64,000 bases of DNA from Actinomycetota bacterium (GTDB taxonomy: Bacteria; Actinomycetota; Actinomycetes; Actinomycetales; Microbacteriaceae), in assembly GCA_041180115.1 (NCBI GenBank), contig JBEGRZ010000002.1:13615-77614 (forward strand). The letters are read 5' to 3'. Below the pieces are notes generated by a model. It was not told the DNA's origin. It did not search any database and was given only the letters and a program-made list of their open reading frames with translations. Shown here one piece after another: positions 1 through 12,614 of the stretch; position 1 is the first letter of the stretch, and the number at the start of each line of letters is the position of its first letter. The position numbers and the translations under genes were made by a program.

Positions 1-241
1 CGTAGGAGTTCTTTCCATGGACGGTCGCGTATTCAAGGAGTTCTCCCCTGGCAATCGCCTCATCAAAACGTTCGCGAGTCCAGAAATAGTAGTCAACGCC
101 GTCAACTTCACCAGGACGAGGTTCGCGAGTGGTAGCCGAAACGGAAAGCTGGAATTCTGGATGCTCCGCCAAAATGTGGCGGACAACAGTTCCCTTACCC
201 ACTGCAGTGGGTCCAGCAATCACGGCTAATCTCGAAGACAT
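1..241 (-). CDS. gmk: guanylate kinase, N-terminal part (gene runs off left edge)
   Basis: Not in the ORF track because it is truncated by the window edge. The reverse complement from ATG at 241 reads [80 protein letters not shown]. This shows the GPxxVGKGT P-loop and the STTRxPRxGExDGxDY motif of guanylate kinase. It lies directly downstream of pyrF, as in other Actinobacteria. Confidence 0.8.
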   Translation of the reverse strand, partial: MSSRLAVIAGPTAVGKGTVVRHILAEHPEFQLSVSATTREPRPGEVDGVDYYFWTRERFDEAIARGELLEYATVHGKNSY

Positions 242-250
242 TAGTTCAGC

Positions 251-1084
251 CTACTGACTCAAGCCAGAGAAAAGTTCTGAGTTTGAGGAGGAAATTGCCG
301 ATTGCAGTTCCCTCGGACCCGCCTGCAGAACCGAGCGAGAGACTGAGTATGCCACCTGGCGGCTCAGGCTGCCATAAATGGCCTTTGCATCGCTAAGTTT
401 TGCGCCCTGAGCACCAAATCCCGGAGCGAGAATTGGCGTTTTCAGTTGACTGCGATTGATGGCGAAGGAATCTAAATCTAGGGTGGCACCCAAAACAGCG
501 CCAAAATTGCCAAATTCGCTTGCCGGGGAGTTCAGAACCGCCAGCTGACGCCACTGGTCCGCAGCCAACGAGGTTCCGTTTGATGTCGCAAGTTGGACGG
601 AAGCGCCTTCCGGATTTGAGGTTGCAACTAGAGAGTAAATCCCCTTGCCAGTGGCTGCGTACCGCTCAAAGCCGACGCTGATGGTTCCGAGACCCAGATA
701 AGGTGACACGGTCAGTGCGTCAGCATGCAATCCGGAAAGGTTACCGAACCACGCCTCCAAATATGCGTCCATGGTGGTTCCTATATCGCCACGCTTGGCA
801 TCTGCAATTACCAAAAGGTCGGCGGCCTTGGCTGCCTGAGTTACTTCCTCAAGCACAGTGTAGCCAGCGGCACCAAAGCGTTCAAAGAAGGACACCTGCG
901 GCTTGATGACTGAAACTTGACCAGCACAAGCATCGACAACGCGTAGTGAAAATTCGCGAAGACCGTGTGCAGAGTCAGTCAGATCCCAGGCGTTTAGAAG
1001 ACTGGCGTGCGGGTCGATACCGACACACAGCTGACCTCTAGACTCAAACGCCCCCAGTAGCCGCTCTCCGAAGGAACTAAGCAA
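251..1084 (-). CDS. pyrF: orotidine-5'-phosphate decarboxylase (type 2)
   Basis: The ORF 251..1174 carries GIDPH and ADAKRGDIG motifs and is the last gene of the pyr operon. The first ~30 codons of the maximal ORF lie inside carB. The likely start is the in-frame TTG at 1084, overlapping the carB stop. The start is uncertain. Confidence 0.85.
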   Translation of the reverse strand: MLSSFGERLLGAFESRGQLCVGIDPHASLLNAWDLTDSAHGLREFSLRVVDACAGQVSVIKPQVSFFERFGAAGYTVLEEVTQAAKAADLLVIADAKRGDIGTTMDAYLEAWFGNLSGLHADALTVSPYLGLGTISVGFERYAATGKGIYSLVATSNPEGASVQLATSNGTSLAADQWRQLAVLNSPASEFGNFGAVLGATLDLDSFAINRSQLKTPILAPGFGAQGAKLSDAKAIYGSLSRQVAYSVSRSVLQAGPRELQSAISSSNSELFSGLSQ

Positions 1085-4000
1085 GCTTGGCCGCCCTATC
1101 CCCTGCGTGTTCCTGTAGAGAACGAACCGCAAACGGACCTTCGATGACCTTCTCAAAGGAGCCAATAGCCGCACTTAGCTGGGCAATCGTTGTGAAGATT
1201 GCCTTATCGGCCGCGGTTGTTGCCGCACGAATCTCGTATCCGTCCTTGCGAGCGGAAGAACCAGAAGGTGTGTTGACTACAACGTCCACCTCGCCTGCTG
1301 TGATTAGCTCAACAATCGACGGACCAGCACCTGGTGTCGATTCCTTACGGACGCTGGTGACTTTGATACCGTGACGTTCAAGAATCGCTGCGGTTCCTTC
1401 GGTAGCAAGAATCTTGTAGCCGAGTTGCTGGAGTCTGCGAACCGGAAGCAACACCTGCGGCTTGTCGCGGTCTGCAACCGAGATGAAGATTGTGCCACTC
1501 TTTGGAAGTGCACTTCCGGCGGCTGACTGACTCTTGGCGAATGCGGTTGGGAAGTCAACATCCATTCCCATAACTTCACCGGTAGAACGCATTTCTGGAC
1601 CAAGTAGCGAGTCAACGAAACGCCCCTCCTTGGTTGCGAAGCGCTTGAACGGAAGAACTGCCTCCTTCACCGCGATTGAAGAGCCGGCCGGGATATAGGT
1701 TCCGTCTTCTTTTGGAAGGTGACCCTCGGCAACCAATTCAGCAATTGACTTGCCAACCATGACAAGTGATGCCGCTTTAGCCAGAGTGATTCCAAGAGCC
1801 TTCGAAACGAATGGCACGGTTCGTGAAGCACGAGGGTTTGCCTCTAGTACATAGAGCACGTCATTAGCGATCGCGAATTGGACGTTGATCAGGCCGCGAA
1901 CACCGATACCCTTGGCAATCTCTTCGGTTGCCTTGCGAACGCGCTCTATCTGGCCTGCCGAAAGAGTGATTGGAGGCAAGGTGCAGGATGAGTCACCGGA
2001 GTGAATACCGGCCTCTTCGATGTGTTCCATGACGCCACCCACGTAGAGCTGAGTGCCGTCGTACAGGGCGTCGATGTCGATTTCAATTGCGTCGTCCAAG
2101 AATCGGTCCACGAGAAGTGGATAACCAGGACCAATCAAACCGTATTCCGCGATGCGGTCGAAATAGTCAACCAGAGAGTGCTGATCATAGACGATCTCCA
2201 TGCCGCGGCCACCGAGAACGAACGATGGACGAACCAAGACCGGGTAACCGATGCGACCGGCAATCTCAGAGGCTTCCGCCAGGTTGATAGCGATGCCATT
2301 GGCTGGAGATAGCAGGCCTGCATTGTCTAGGATCTGGCTGAACAAACCTCGCTCTTCCGCAAGGTCGATTGCCTCAGGAGTGGTTCCCAGAATCGGGATT
2401 CCGGCATCCTTCAACCCCTTGGCTAGACCAAGTGCGGTCTGACCACCGAGTTGCACGACAACTCCAACGAGTTCCCCGCTCTGACTCTCGGCGTGAATCA
2501 CTTCGAGTACATCCTCGAGAGTTAGCGGCTCGAAGTAAAGACGATCAGACGTGTCATAGTCGGTGGAAACGGTTTCTGGATTGCAGTTGATCATGATGGT
2601 TTCGAAACCAGCATCCGACAGCGCAAACGATGCGTGAACGCACGAGTAGTCGAACTCGACGCCCTGACCAATACGGTTTGGACCGGATCCAAGGATTACC
2701 ACCTTGCGACGGTCAGACGGAATTACCTCGGTCTCCTGCTCATAGGTCGAGTAGTGATAAGGGGTTAGAGCCGGGAACTCACCGGCACAGGTGTCAACGG
2801 TCTTGAACACCGGACGCAGGCCGTGCGAGTGGCGAATGGCGCGCACTTCGGCTTCACCTAGGTTTCGCAGCTGCGCAATCTGTGCGTCCGAGAATCCGTG
2901 TTCCTTAGCATTCAAAATCACCTCTTCTGTAAGTTCGGTAGCCTTGGCGATGTAGTCGGCAACCTCGTTGATGAGGATGATCTGGTCGATGAACCAAGGG
3001 TCAATCTTGGTAGATTCGAAAATCTGCTCCGAGGTTGCACCAAGGCGCAGAGCCTGCTGAACGGAAATGATTCGACCGTCGGTAGGAGTCTTGATTTGCT
3101 CTAGCAGTTCCGCAAGTGACTTCCGCTGCTCTCCCCAGTGGAACGAAGAACCCTTCTTCTCTAGCGAACGTAGTGCCTTCTGAAGTGCCTGGCTGTAGTT
3201 ACGACCAATGGCCATCGCCTCACCAACCGACTTCATGGTTGTGGTGAGGGTTGGGTCAGCTGCCGGGAACTTCTCGAATGCGAAGCGGGGAACCTTGACC
3301 ACAATGTAGTCGAGGGTCGGCTCGAAGCTGGCAGGGGTCACTCGAGTGATGTCGTTCGGGATTTCATCCAAGGTGTAACCAACTGCAAGCTTCGCGGCAA
3401 TCTTGGCAATTGGAAATCCGGTTGCTTTAGATGCAAGTGCAGAAGATCGGCTAACGCGCGGGTTCATTTCGATGACGATCACACGACCGTCCTTAGGGTC
3501 AACCGCGAACTGAATGTTGCAACCACCGGTGTCAACACCAACATCGCGAATGATTCGAATACCGATGTCGCGAAGGTTCTGGAACTCGCGGTCGGTCAGG
3601 GTTAGCGCAGGAGCTACGGTAATCGAGTCACCGGTGTGAACACCAACCGGGTCAACGTTTTCGATCGAACAAACCACGACGGTGTTGTCGGCTGTGTCAC
3701 GCATCAGCTCAAGCTCGTACTCCTTCCAGCCGAGGATAGACTCTTCGAGCAGAACCTCGGTGGTTGGGCTGGCCTGAAGACCGGCACCGGCAATCCGACG
3801 AAGGTCTTCCTCGTTGTATGCGAAACCAGAACCAAGACCACCCATAGTGAACGATGGGCGCACGACCATTGGGTAGCCGAGTACGTCGACCGCCGCGATT
3901 ACCTCGTCCATGGTGTGTGCGATTACCGAACGGGCAACATCGGCGCCGGCATCAAGCACCAGCTGCTTGAAGATCTGGCGGTCTTCACCCTTCTTAATTG

Positions 4001-4364
4001 CGTCAACTTTGGCACCGATTAGTTCCACGCCGTATTTGTCGAGGATGCCTAGTTCGTGCAGAGACATCGCAGCGTTTAGCGCGGTCTGACCACCAAGGGT
4101 TGGCAGGATTGCGTCCGGCTTTTCCTTGATGATGATGCTCTCGATAATCTCCGGGGTGATTGGCTCAACATAGGTGGCATCGGCGAAGTCTGGGTCGGTC
4201 ATGATGGTGGCGGGGTTCGAGTTCACTAAGATTACTCGAATGCCCTCTTCGCGAAGCACGCGACAAGCCTGAGTACCCGAGTAGTCGAACTCACAAGCCT
4301 GACCAATGACGATTGGTCCGGAACCAATAACTAGGACGGAGTTGATGTCTGAACGCTTCGGCAT
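1077..4364 (-). CDS. carB: carbamoyl-phosphate synthase large subunit
   Basis: 1095-aa ORF with two ATP-grasp halves. Motifs include [30 protein letters not shown] and a second [15 protein letters not shown]. An MGS-like C-terminus is present. Confidence 0.97.
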   Translation of the reverse strand: MPKRSDINSVLVIGSGPIVIGQACEFDYSGTQACRVLREEGIRVILVNSNPATIMTDPDFADATYVEPITPEIIESIIIKEKPDAILPTLGGQTALNAAMSLHELGILDKYGVELIGAKVDAIKKGEDRQIFKQLVLDAGADVARSVIAHTMDEVIAAVDVLGYPMVVRPSFTMGGLGSGFAYNEEDLRRIAGAGLQASPTTEVLLEESILGWKEYELELMRDTADNTVVVCSIENVDPVGVHTGDSITVAPALTLTDREFQNLRDIGIRIIRDVGVDTGGCNIQFAVDPKDGRVIVIEMNPRVSRSSALASKATGFPIAKIAAKLAVGYTLDEIPNDITRVTPASFEPTLDYIVVKVPRFAFEKFPAADPTLTTTMKSVGEAMAIGRNYSQALQKALRSLEKKGSSFHWGEQRKSLAELLEQIKTPTDGRIISVQQALRLGATSEQIFESTKIDPWFIDQIILINEVADYIAKATELTEEVILNAKEHGFSDAQIAQLRNLGEAEVRAIRHSHGLRPVFKTVDTCAGEFPALTPYHYSTYEQETEVIPSDRRKVVILGSGPNRIGQGVEFDYSCVHASFALSDAGFETIMINCNPETVSTDYDTSDRLYFEPLTLEDVLEVIHAESQSGELVGVVVQLGGQTALGLAKGLKDAGIPILGTTPEAIDLAEERGLFSQILDNAGLLSPANGIAINLAEASEIAGRIGYPVLVRPSFVLGGRGMEIVYDQHSLVDYFDRIAEYGLIGPGYPLLVDRFLDDAIEIDIDALYDGTQLYVGGVMEHIEEAGIHSGDSSCTLPPITLSAGQIERVRKATEEIAKGIGVRGLINVQFAIANDVLYVLEANPRASRTVPFVSKALGITLAKAASLVMVGKSIAELVAEGHLPKEDGTYIPAGSSIAVKEAVLPFKRFATKEGRFVDSLLGPEMRSTGEVMGMDVDFPTAFAKSQSAAGSALPKSGTIFISVADRDKPQVLLPVRRLQQLGYKILATEGTAAILERHGIKVTSVRKESTPGAGPSIVELITAGEVDVVVNTPSGSSARKDGYEIRAATTAADKAIFTTIAQLSAAIGSFEKVIEGPFAVRSLQEHAGDRAAKLA

Positions 4365-5494
4365 TAGTTTGCCTTTCGGGTGTTGTTGATGAGTTCAATT
4401 AGGCGGTCGAATAGATAGTTCGAATCGTGCGGCCCGGCAGCTGCCTCCGGATGGTACTGCACTGAGTAGGCAGGAATGTCTACACATTCGAGACCTTCCA
4501 CGACGTCGTCGTTGAGAGAAACGTGACTTACCTTCACACGACCGAAACCGGCTGGTGAATCAACCTCTGGGCCGCCATCAACCTTCACAGCGAATCCGTG
4601 GTTGTGCGCGGTTACCTCGACTTTGCCAGTGCGTCGATCAAGCACTGGCTGGTTGATGCCGCGGTGGCCGAAGGCAAGCTTGTAGGTTTCGAACCCTAGG
4701 GCACGTCCTAGAAGCTGGTTTCCGAAACAGATTCCGAAGAATGGAGTCTTGGTCTTTAGAACTTCACGAAGGGTTTCAACTTGGGAAGCGGCGGTTTCTG
4801 GGTCGCCGGGCCCGTTCGAATAAAACACGGCGTCTGGCTGGATTTCCAGGAGTTCAGCGGAACTCGCGGTTGCAGGGTAAACGTGAACCTCGAGACCACG
4901 AGCGGTCATGTTTTCGATGGTCGATGCCTTGATACCTAGATCGAGAATCGAGACCTTACCGAAAAGCTCACCTTCGGCTGGAACCACGTACTTGCTCGGC
5001 GTGGAAACGACATCGCTCAGCGAAAGTCCCTGCATCTTCTTTGCACCGTTCACCAGCGCAACTAGTTCGTCCACGCTGCGCTCAGCATCGCTTCCCGAGA
5101 ACAGGCCACCACGCATCACACCGCGGTCACGTAGGTGTCGGGTTAGCGCACGGGTGTCGATTCCACGAATACCAACAACACCGTATTTGACCAGTTCGTT
5201 GTCCAGCGAGTCTTCGCTACGGAAGTTCGAAACTACACGGGAGGCATCGCGAACGACATAGCCGGCAACCCAAACTTTGGACGATTCCTCGTCGCGCTTG
5301 TTCACACCGGTGTTACCGATGTGTGGAGCGGTCTGTACGACAATCTGACCGGCATAACTTGGGTCGGTAAGGGTTTCCTGGTAGCCGGTCATACCGGTAC
5401 AGAAAACGACCTCGCCCAGAGTGTAGCCCTCAGCCCCATAACTGTGTCCAGTGAAGACCTTGCCATCTTCTAGGACCAAAATCGCTTTGCTCAT
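4364..5494 (-). CDS. carA: carbamoyl-phosphate synthase small (glutaminase) subunit
   Basis: 376 aa. GATase nucleophile elbow [10 protein letters not shown] and HNHGFAV are present. There is a 1-nt overlap with carB. Confidence 0.97.
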   Translation of the reverse strand: MSKAILVLEDGKVFTGHSYGAEGYTLGEVVFCTGMTGYQETLTDPSYAGQIVVQTAPHIGNTGVNKRDEESSKVWVAGYVVRDASRVVSNFRSEDSLDNELVKYGVVGIRGIDTRALTRHLRDRGVMRGGLFSGSDAERSVDELVALVNGAKKMQGLSLSDVVSTPSKYVVPAEGELFGKVSILDLGIKASTIENMTARGLEVHVYPATASSAELLEIQPDAVFYSNGPGDPETAASQVETLREVLKTKTPFFGICFGNQLLGRALGFETYKLAFGHRGINQPVLDRRTGKVEVTAHNHGFAVKVDGGPEVDSPAGFGRVKVSHVSLNDDVVEGLECVDIPAYSVQYHPEAAAGPHDSNYLFDRLIELINNTRKAN

Positions 5495-5496
5495 TG

Positions 5497-6777
5497 CTAT
5501 GCCTTCCCTGCCAGCGCGCCGTCGCGAACTGTGAATTTTCCGTTGAAGATTGTGTGAACCACACGACCGGGAAGTTCCATTCCTCGGTATGGCTGATTAT
5601 TGCTCTTACTGGCGCCGCCATCGCTTATGGTGACTCGGGCCGTTGGGTCGATTAGTGCGAGGTTCGCATTCGAACCAGCCGCCAAAGCCTGACCCTGAGT
5701 CTCGAGGCCACTGATTTGGGCTGGCACTATCGAGAGCACCTGAGCCAAACGCTCCCACGAAGACTTCCCGCTATCGATCAGAACCAGTTGAGCAATTGAT
5801 GCCGCGGTTTCAAGGCCGAGCATTCCGAATGCAGCGTTACCCCACTCGCAAGACTTTAGCTCGTCTGGGTGCGGTGCGTGGTCGGTGCCAATGACGTCGA
5901 TGGTTCCATCGATCAGCGCTTCTCGAAGAGCCTCGATATCAGTAGCGGTACGAAGCGGTGGGTTCACCTTGTAAACCGGGTCGTAGGTTCTGGCAAGCTC
6001 ATCGGTAAGTAGTAGGTGGTGCGGTGTGACCTCTGCAGTAACCTGCACTCCCCTCGCCTTGCCCAAACGGATCTGCTCAACTGAACCTTTGGTGGATACG
6101 TGGCAGACGTGGAGGCGAGAACCGGTAAGTTCGGCCAGCATGATGTCGCGAGCGATGATTGACTCCTCAGCAACCGCTGGCCAACCTGCAAGGCCGAGTT
6201 CGGCCGACACAGTGCCTTCGTTCATCTGTGCGTTTTGAGTGAGTCTCGGCTCCTGGGCGTGCTGAGCAATTACGCCACCGAAGGTCTTAACATAAGCCAA
6301 TGCGCGACGCATCACCAATGCATCGCTCACGCACTTACCGTCGTCGCTGAAAATCGTGACCTTAGCCTTTGAAGCGTTCATGCTGCCGAGTTCGGCGAGC
6401 TTCTCACCCTCGAGCCCAACGGTTACCGCTCCAATTGGCTGAACCTCAACCAGACCGGCATCCTGCCCGAGGCGCTGTACCTGCTCGACCACACCTGCGT
6501 TATCGGCAACCGGCATGGTGTTGGCCATAGGGTGAACCGCGGTGTAGCCACCCTTAGCGGCAGCCATGGAACCGGTGAGTACGGTTTCGCTCTGCTCAAA
6601 ACCCGGCTGGCGAAGATGAGTGTGTAGGTCAACAAAACCAGGAAGGACCACTAGGCCGTTGCAGTCGATGACTTCTCCGTGCTGTTCGCCACCGACGGAT
6701 GTGATGCGATCTCCATCGATAGCGATGTTGGTCTTCTTGCCGTTAGGTAGTGTGACGTCCTTCAGGGTGTAACTCAT
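5497..6777 (-). CDS. pyrC: dihydroorotase
   Basis: 426 aa. The metal-binding DLHTHLR motif and the GTDHAPH motif are present. It sits between pyrB and carA. Confidence 0.95.
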   Translation of the reverse strand: MSYTLKDVTLPNGKKTNIAIDGDRITSVGGEQHGEVIDCNGLVVLPGFVDLHTHLRQPGFEQSETVLTGSMAAAKGGYTAVHPMANTMPVADNAGVVEQVQRLGQDAGLVEVQPIGAVTVGLEGEKLAELGSMNASKAKVTIFSDDGKCVSDALVMRRALAYVKTFGGVIAQHAQEPRLTQNAQMNEGTVSAELGLAGWPAVAEESIIARDIMLAELTGSRLHVCHVSTKGSVEQIRLGKARGVQVTAEVTPHHLLLTDELARTYDPVYKVNPPLRTATDIEALREALIDGTIDVIGTDHAPHPDELKSCEWGNAAFGMLGLETAASIAQLVLIDSGKSSWERLAQVLSIVPAQISGLETQGQALAAGSNANLALIDPTARVTISDGGASKSNNQPYRGMELPGRVVHTIFNGKFTVRDGALAGKA

Positions 6778-7730
6778 AGTGAGCTCCTGTCTGCTCCGGC
6801 GAGGTGGTAAAGAACTGCCATACGAGCGCTTACTCCGTTGCGTACCTGATCCAGGACGGTTGAGTTAGGGCTGTCGGCAGAAAAGCTATCGATTTCAAGG
6901 CCACGGTTCATCGGTCCTGGGTGCATGACAAGAACCTCAGGCTTCATCCGTTCTAGGCGTTCGCGGTTTAGACCCCAGAGTCTCGAATACTCGGTTTCGC
7001 TTGGAAAGAATGCGGCGTGCATGCGTTCGCTCTGTACGCGCAACATCATCACGGCGTCAAAACTTTGATCCTCAATCGCGTTATCGAAGTTGTGATAGCT
7101 ACTAGTCGCACCTGCTGCCAAAGCCTTTGGTAACAGGGTTGGTGGTGCAATCAAGTGAACCTTTGCACCAAGTGTTTTCAGCAGAATGAGGTTGCTTCTG
7201 GCAACTCGGGAGTGTGCAATGTCACCAACAATGGCAACGTTTACACCTGATAAATCCTTACCTGGTGAGTCTCCCAGGAGCCGGTTGCGGAGTGTGTAAG
7301 CGTCTAGTAATGCCTGGGTTGGATGCTCGTGGGTTCCATCGCCAGCGTTGATTACCGAACCGGCAAACCAATCACTGCTTGCTAAGGTGTGCGCAGCGCC
7401 CGATGAACCGTGACGCATCACCACGATATCGGCGGAGATTGCGGCCAGTGTCTGCACAGTGTCCTTCAGACTCTCGCCTTTCGAAACACTCGAACCCTTG
7501 GCCGAAACGTTGATGACATCAGCAGATAGTCGCTTTTCTGCAACCTCAAACGAAACGCGAGTGCGAGTGGAGTCCTCATAGAACAGATTGACCACAGTCT
7601 TACCGCGCAATACCGGAAGTTTCTTCACTTCGCGGTCGTTTACGCTCGACATCTCTGCAGTGGTATCAAGCAGAGCAACGGCCTGCTCTTTCGAAAGGTC
7701 ACTGGCGGAAACTAAATGCTTCAAAATCAT
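6774..7730 (-). CDS. pyrB: aspartate carbamoyltransferase catalytic subunit
   Basis: 318 aa. STRTR, HPTQ and HPGPMNRG motifs are present. It has 4-nt overlaps with pyrR and pyrC. Confidence 0.96.
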   Translation of the reverse strand: MILKHLVSASDLSKEQAVALLDTTAEMSSVNDREVKKLPVLRGKTVVNLFYEDSTRTRVSFEVAEKRLSADVINVSAKGSSVSKGESLKDTVQTLAAISADIVVMRHGSSGAAHTLASSDWFAGSVINAGDGTHEHPTQALLDAYTLRNRLLGDSPGKDLSGVNVAIVGDIAHSRVARSNLILLKTLGAKVHLIAPPTLLPKALAAGATSSYHNFDNAIEDQSFDAVMMLRVQSERMHAAFFPSETEYSRLWGLNRERLERMKPEVLVMHPGPMNRGLEIDSFSADSPNSTVLDQVRNGVSARMAVLYHLAGADRSSL

Positions 7731-8266
7731 CCCTCGATCACCACCGCGTTCTCGGTATCGGTTTCATCCAAACGAACCTGGATGCGTTCGTCCAAGGATG
7801 TTGGCAAATTCTTGCCAACGTAATCGGCGCGAATAGGTAGCTCGCGGTGGCCACGGTCAACCAGCACGGCAAGGCGCACGGCACTTGGACGACCGAATTC
7901 GTTCAGTGCATCGAGTGCGGCACGTACAGTACGGCCACTGAACAAAACGTCATCAACAAGGACAACTGTTTTTCCGTCAACCCCGGACACTGGAAGCGTG
8001 GTCTGAGTTATTTCCTTGCCTGGCTTTAGGGCTAGGTCGTCGCGGAACAGGGTAACGTCTAGGCGCCCGGATGAGTCGCTCGCATTGAAGTCTGGGTAGC
8101 TCTTCGCGATCGAGTTGGCGATGCGCTCTGCGAGCCAAGCTCCTCGCGTAGGAATGCCAAGAATTAGAAGGTTAGAAGTGCCTCGGTTACCCTCAACGAT
8201 TTCATGAGAAATGCGGGTAACAGCGCGATCGATGTCTGCGCTAGATAAGACGGTGCGTGTTCCCAC
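7727..8266 (-). CDS. pyrR: bifunctional pyr operon regulator / uracil phosphoribosyltransferase PyrR
   Basis: PRTase motif [13 protein letters not shown]. The maximal ORF starts at GTG 8272, but that codon is fused to the AAGGAGG Shine-Dalgarno. The GTG at 8266 has 5-nt spacing and is preferred. Confidence 0.92.
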   Translation of the reverse strand: MGTRTVLSSADIDRAVTRISHEIVEGNRGTSNLLILGIPTRGAWLAERIANSIAKSYPDFNASDSSGRLDVTLFRDDLALKPGKEITQTTLPVSGVDGKTVVLVDDVLFSGRTVRAALDALNEFGRPSAVRLAVLVDRGHRELPIRADYVGKNLPTSLDERIQVRLDETDTENAVVIEG

Positions 8267-8271
8267 GCCCA

Positions 8272-8307
8272 CCTCCTTCTCCGCCTCTCTGGACGGTTTT
8301 AAAGGAT
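8272..8307 (-). promoter_or_regulatory. PyrR-binding RNA hairpin in the pyr leader, pairing with the pyrR Shine-Dalgarno
   Basis: The minus-strand RNA reads UCCUUUAAAACCGUCCAGAGAGGCGGAGAAGGAGG. It contains the conserved PyrR binding-loop core UCCAGAGAGG in a CCGUC/GGCGG stem. The flanking CCUU can pair with AAGG of the ribosome-binding site. Confidence 0.65.
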
Positions 8308-8325
8308 GCTTTGAACCTAGTGTAA

Positions 8326-8742
8326 CTAAAGAGCTTTGCGAGTGCCAGCGACTCGCGAAAGTAGACCGTTGATGAAGCCGCCGGATTCCTCGGTTGAGTA
8401 TTCCTTGGCAAGTTCTACGGCCTCGTTCACGACAACACCCGATGGTGTATCAGAGTGCAAAATCTCCCAAATCGCAATGCGCAAGATGGCGCGATCGACG
8501 TTAGGCATGCGCTCGAGCGACCAACCCTCCGAATAGGTTTCGATTAGGTCATCGATTTCCTCGTGGTTCTCAACCACGCCAACGACTAGGTCCTTGGCAT
8601 AGTTAAAGATTTCACCTTGGTTTTGACGGTCTGCGACCTGCTCCTGGGTGATCGCTAGAAGATCTTCAGGCGATTCCTTGCGAATGTCGGCGGCGAAAAT
8701 AGCGTCTAGTGCGCGCTTTCTGGCCTTAGTGCGTGAGCTCAC
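8326..8742 (-). CDS. nusB: transcription antitermination factor NusB
   Basis: 138 aa. KARKRALDAIF and VVNEAVELAKEYS are typical NusB strings. The efp-nusB pairing is conserved. Confidence 0.93.
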   Translation of the reverse strand: MSSRTKARKRALDAIFAADIRKESPEDLLAITQEQVADRQNQGEIFNYAKDLVVGVVENHEEIDDLIETYSEGWSLERMPNVDRAILRIAIWEILHSDTPSGVVVNEAVELAKEYSTEESGGFINGLLSRVAGTRKAL

Positions 8743-8744
8743 GC

Positions 8745-9308
8745 TTAGTCGCGTTCGCGGCCTAGGTATTCACCGGTGCGGGTGTCAACCTTGACGCGGG
8801 TACCGTTCTCAACGAAGAGTGGAACCTGGATCTCTAGGCCGGTCTCTAGGGTTGCAGGCTTGGTTCCACCGGTCGAACGGTCGCCCTGTAGGCCAGGCTC
8901 GGTGTAGGTGATCTCAAGAACTACCGAAGAAGGAAGTTCAACGTAGATTGGGTTACCCTCGTGCAGTGCCACGGTTGCAGCCTGGTTCTCTAGTAGGTAG
9001 CCAGATGCCTCACCTACAGTCTCAGGGCTGATTTCAACCTGCTCGTAAGTGGTCTTGTCCATGAATACGAAGCTGGTGCCGTCGTTGTAAAGGAATTCCA
9101 TGTCGCGCTTGTCGACGTTAGCAGTTTCGACTTTAACACCGGCGTTGAAGGTCTTGTCCACTACCTTGCCCGAAAGCACATTCTTTAGCTTGGTGCGAAC
9201 GAAAGCTGGGCCTTTGCCTGGCTTTACGTGCTGGAACTCGACTACAGCCCAAAGCTGTCCGTCGATGTTTAGAACCATGCCGTTCTTTAGGTCGTTAGAA
9301 GTTGCCAC
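8745..9308 (-). CDS. efp: elongation factor P
   Basis: 187 aa. The N-terminus reads [29 protein letters not shown]. Confidence 0.97.
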   Translation of the reverse strand: MATSNDLKNGMVLNIDGQLWAVVEFQHVKPGKGPAFVRTKLKNVLSGKVVDKTFNAGVKVETANVDKRDMEFLYNDGTSFVFMDKTTYEQVEISPETVGEASGYLLENQAATVALHEGNPIYVELPSSVVLEITYTEPGLQGDRSTGGTKPATLETGLEIQVPLFVENGTRVKVDTRTGEYLGRERD

Positions 9309-9361
9309 GAAAATGCCTCGCTAATCAAAAAGGGATTGTTACTAAGAGTTTACCTGAGAGT

Positions 9362-9793
9362 TCAGGCAATGACGGTTAGAGCAAGCAGGTAGCCGTCGAT
9401 TCCGAGGCCCGCGATGACACCGGTGGCCACCGGACTAATCGTTGAGTTATGACGGAACGCCTCGCGAGCGTGCGGATTGGAGATGTGCACCTCGATCAAC
9501 TTAAGGCCAGCCTTGGTCACCAGCGCCGCAGCATCACGTAGTGAATAGCTGTAGTGGGTAAATGCCGCAGGGTTGATAATCACATGAGCGCCGGAATCCA
9601 CAGCCTCGTGAAGCCAGTGAATGAGCTGGGTTTCGGAATCGCTTTGGCGAACATCTGCGTCAAGCTCCAGTTCCTTAGCCTTCGCGGCGACAGTTGCCAC
9701 TAGCCCCGCAAAATCAAGAGAGCCGTAGATCTCAGGTTCGCGTGAGCCAAGGCGGCCTAGGTTTGGGCCGTTCAGAACTAATACTTTGGACAT
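9362..9793 (-). CDS. aroQ: type II 3-dehydroquinate dehydratase
   Basis: 143 aa. VLNGPNLGRLGSREPEIYG and ISNPHAREAFRH motifs are present. Confidence 0.93.
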   Translation of the reverse strand: MSKVLVLNGPNLGRLGSREPEIYGSLDFAGLVATVAAKAKELELDADVRQSDSETQLIHWLHEAVDSGAHVIINPAAFTHYSYSLRDAAALVTKAGLKLIEVHISNPHAREAFRHNSTISPVATGVIAGLGIDGYLLALTVIA

Positions 9794-9812
9794 GTGTTCA
9801 AGGTTAGCGTTT

Positions 9813-10889
9813 TTAGGCGGAAATCTCGCCGTAGGCAGCCATCAAGGCCTCCTCGGTAGGGGCTGTGATAACCCTAGGTTTGCCGATTCCATCAAGGGCG
9901 ATGAAGCGAAGCGTTCCAGCCCGTGACTTTTTGTCTCTACGCATTGCATCGAGCAACTGCTGGAAGCGACCGGGACGATAAGTGGTTGGAAGCCCTAAAG
10001 ACTTGAAGATACGTTCCTGACGTTCCAATAGTTCGACTGGCGTGTGCCCCAGCGATACACCAAGATTCGCGATGAACATCATTCCAACCGAAATGGCAGC
10101 ACCGTGACGCCACTGGAACTTCTCGACCAACTCGATGGCGTGACCAAGCGTGTGACCGTAGTTGAGTACTTCTCGCTCCCCTGCCTCTTTGAAGTCAGCG
10201 GCAACAACGCGAGCCTTGATGGCGATGCAGCGCTCTACTATTTCACTGAAGACTGGCGTTGAATAATCTAGAGCCGACTCCAGATCGTTCTCTAGCAGCT
10301 CCAGAATCCGTTCGTCCGCGATGAAGCCGTACTTGGCAACCTCGCCCATGCCGGAAATTAGTTCGTTCTTAGGCAGGGTCTGAAGAGTATCGAGGTCGCA
10401 GACCACGGCACGAGGTGCATAGAACGCACCAACCAGATTCTTACCCTCCGCGGTGTTGATGCCGGTCTTTCCGCCGATGGCAGCATCGACCATGCCAAGC
10501 AAGGTGGTTGGGATCGAGATGTAGGCTACACCACGCAGCCAGGTGGCAGCCACGAAGCCTGCTAGATCGGTGGTGCTACCTCCACCAAAGCCAATGATGG
10601 CGTCGCTGCGCGTGAAATCGCTCTGTCCCATGATCGACCAACACCAGGCAGCAACCTCTACTCGCTTGGCGTCCTCGCCATCGGAAACTCCAGCTTGAAA
10701 AACTTCAAGACCGGTACCACGTAACTCTTCCGCCAAGACATCGGCGCTGTTCTGCAGTGCTAGTGGATGAACCAGCAGAACCTTCTGGACGCCACCAGGA
10801 ACTACTCCCCTTATTTCACCGAGCAGACCACGGCCAACCAGTACGTCGTACGGCTCGACTCCGCCAACGGTAATTCTCTTAGTGCTCAT
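9813..10889 (-). CDS. aroB: 3-dehydroquinate synthase
   Basis: 358 aa. GGGSTTDLAGF and NYGHTLGHAIE motifs are present. Confidence 0.95.
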   Translation of the reverse strand: MSTKRITVGGVEPYDVLVGRGLLGEIRGVVPGGVQKVLLVHPLALQNSADVLAEELRGTGLEVFQAGVSDGEDAKRVEVAAWCWSIMGQSDFTRSDAIIGFGGGSTTDLAGFVAATWLRGVAYISIPTTLLGMVDAAIGGKTGINTAEGKNLVGAFYAPRAVVCDLDTLQTLPKNELISGMGEVAKYGFIADERILELLENDLESALDYSTPVFSEIVERCIAIKARVVAADFKEAGEREVLNYGHTLGHAIELVEKFQWRHGAAISVGMMFIANLGVSLGHTPVELLERQERIFKSLGLPTTYRPGRFQQLLDAMRRDKKSRAGTLRFIALDGIGKPRVITAPTEEALMAAYGEISA

Positions 10890-11388
10890 TTTCTAGATCC
10901 AATCCTTCGACGATGTGGTCGACCACCGATTTCAATGCCATCTTTGAAGTGTCGACCGTTAAATCCGCCACCTGTTCATAGAGTTCTTTGCGCGATTCAT
11001 AGATTCGACGCCAGTCTGAAATTCCGTCCTTCAGCAGCGGACGATTTCCGCCCACGAGACGGCTCGCCATGTGACGGCCGTCAGTCGAAAGGTAAACAAC
11101 CTTGGTCTGTGTTAGCGCAGCTCTGGTGTGCTCGCTGAGCACTGCACCGCCACCGGTTGCAACAACCGCAGGAACACCGATAGCCTCCAGAACGGCGGCC
11201 TCTTCAAACTGCCTGAAGACCAGTTCCCCCTGCCGCTCAAAGATTTCTGGAATGGGCCCGTGGGAAATAGTTACCAGTTGATCGGTGTCTACGAAGGGAA
11301 GCCCTAGTTTTTTTGCGAGCTTCTTACCGATGGTGGTCTTTCCAACTCCCATCGGACCAACTAGAACAATCGCTCCGGTTTTAGGCAT
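10879..11388 (-). CDS. aroK: shikimate kinase
   Basis: 169 aa with P-loop [12 protein letters not shown]. It overlaps aroC and aroB. Confidence 0.93.
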   Translation of the reverse strand: MPKTGAIVLVGPMGVGKTTIGKKLAKKLGLPFVDTDQLVTISHGPIPEIFERQGELVFRQFEEAAVLEAIGVPAVVATGGGAVLSEHTRAALTQTKVVYLSTDGRHMASRLVGGNRPLLKDGISDWRRIYESRKELYEQVADLTVDTSKMALKSVVDHIVEGLDLENEH

Positions 11389-12586
11389 CGGCGACGATTT
11401 CCGAGCGGAGAACCTCCGGAATGTTCGCTAGATAGCTTTCCAGGTTGCGCTTGGTTTCCGAAACTGAGTCGCCACCAAACTTCTCTAGAACCGAGTTGGC
11501 AACCACTAATGCAACCATTGCTTCAGCCACTACACCGGCTGCAGGCACGGCGCAAACGTCGCTGCGCTGGTGGTGAGCTTTCGCAGCCTCGCCCGTTGCA
11601 ACGTCGATGGTGGCAAGAGCGCGCGGGACCGTAGAAATTGGCTTCATGGCCGCACGAACCACTAGAACTTCACCGTTTGACATTCCACCCTCGATGCCAC
11701 CGGCGCGATCGGTTAGGCGGTGGGTCACACCAGCCGAGTCACGCTCAAGCTCATCGTGCGCAGCAGAACCACGACGTTTAGCCGTTTCGAAACCGTCGCC
11801 GATTTCTACACCCTTGATCGCTTGGATACCCATGATTGCTGCAGCTAGCTGAGAGTCGAGTCGGCGATCCCAATGTACGAAAGAACCGAGCCCCGGGGGC
11901 ATACCGTAAACCAAGGTCTCAACTACGCCACCGAGTGTGTCGCCATCCTTGTGTGCGCCTTCAATCTCATCGACCATGCGCTTTGAAAGCTCGGAATCGA
12001 AGCAGCGAAGTTCATCTGCATCTAGTTGGTCGACATCACGGAACGACGGGCGAGGGACGTCTCGGCCTCCATCAACAGTACCGATGGCAACTGTGTGGGT
12101 GACCATGTGAATTCCAAGCTCACGTAAAAAGTTCGAGGCAACCTGACCAAGAGCAACACGCGCCGCGGTTTCGCGAGCACTGGCGCGCTCGAGAATAGGA
12201 CGAGAATCAAGAACGTTGTACTTCTGCATACCGGTGAAATCGGCGTGGCCAGGGCGAGGGCGAGTCAGCGCTTCAGCACGAGCGCCCGACAGAGCAGATG
12301 CATCAACCGGATCGGCCGACATGACATCCTGCCACTTTGGCCACTCGGTGTTGGCGATACTGATCGCAACTGGGCCACCCATGGAAAGACCGTGACGAAT
12401 ACCGCCCGAAAGGGTCACTTCGTCCTTCTCAAACTTCATTCTCGCACCACGGCCATATCCGAGACGACGTCTAGCCAGAGCGGATTGAACATCCTCGGTG
12501 GTAACTGGGACGCCAGCGGGCAACCCTTCGAGCACTGCAATGAGCTCTTGCCCATGCGATTCACCTGCGGTCAGCCAACGTAACAT
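11381..12586 (-). CDS. aroC: chorismate synthase
   Basis: 401 aa. [20 protein letters not shown]-like ([11 protein letters not shown]) and GGISNG-like (GGMSNG) motifs are present. Confidence 0.97.
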   Translation of the reverse strand: MLRWLTAGESHGQELIAVLEGLPAGVPVTTEDVQSALARRRLGYGRGARMKFEKDEVTLSGGIRHGLSMGGPVAISIANTEWPKWQDVMSADPVDASALSGARAEALTRPRPGHADFTGMQKYNVLDSRPILERASARETAARVALGQVASNFLRELGIHMVTHTVAIGTVDGGRDVPRPSFRDVDQLDADELRCFDSELSKRMVDEIEGAHKDGDTLGGVVETLVYGMPPGLGSFVHWDRRLDSQLAAAIMGIQAIKGVEIGDGFETAKRRGSAAHDELERDSAGVTHRLTDRAGGIEGGMSNGEVLVVRAAMKPISTVPRALATIDVATGEAAKAHHQRSDVCAVPAAGVVAEAMVALVVANSVLEKFGGDSVSETKRNLESYLANIPEVLRSEIVADA

Positions 12587-12614
12587 GCGTTCAATTCTCC
12601 CACAACTAGAGGAT

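Noticed and set aside
17-229. 70-aa plus-strand ORF at the left edge
   Set aside because: It lies entirely antisense to a clear guanylate kinase N-terminus (P-loop and GMP-binding motifs) on the minus strand. It is a shadow ORF.
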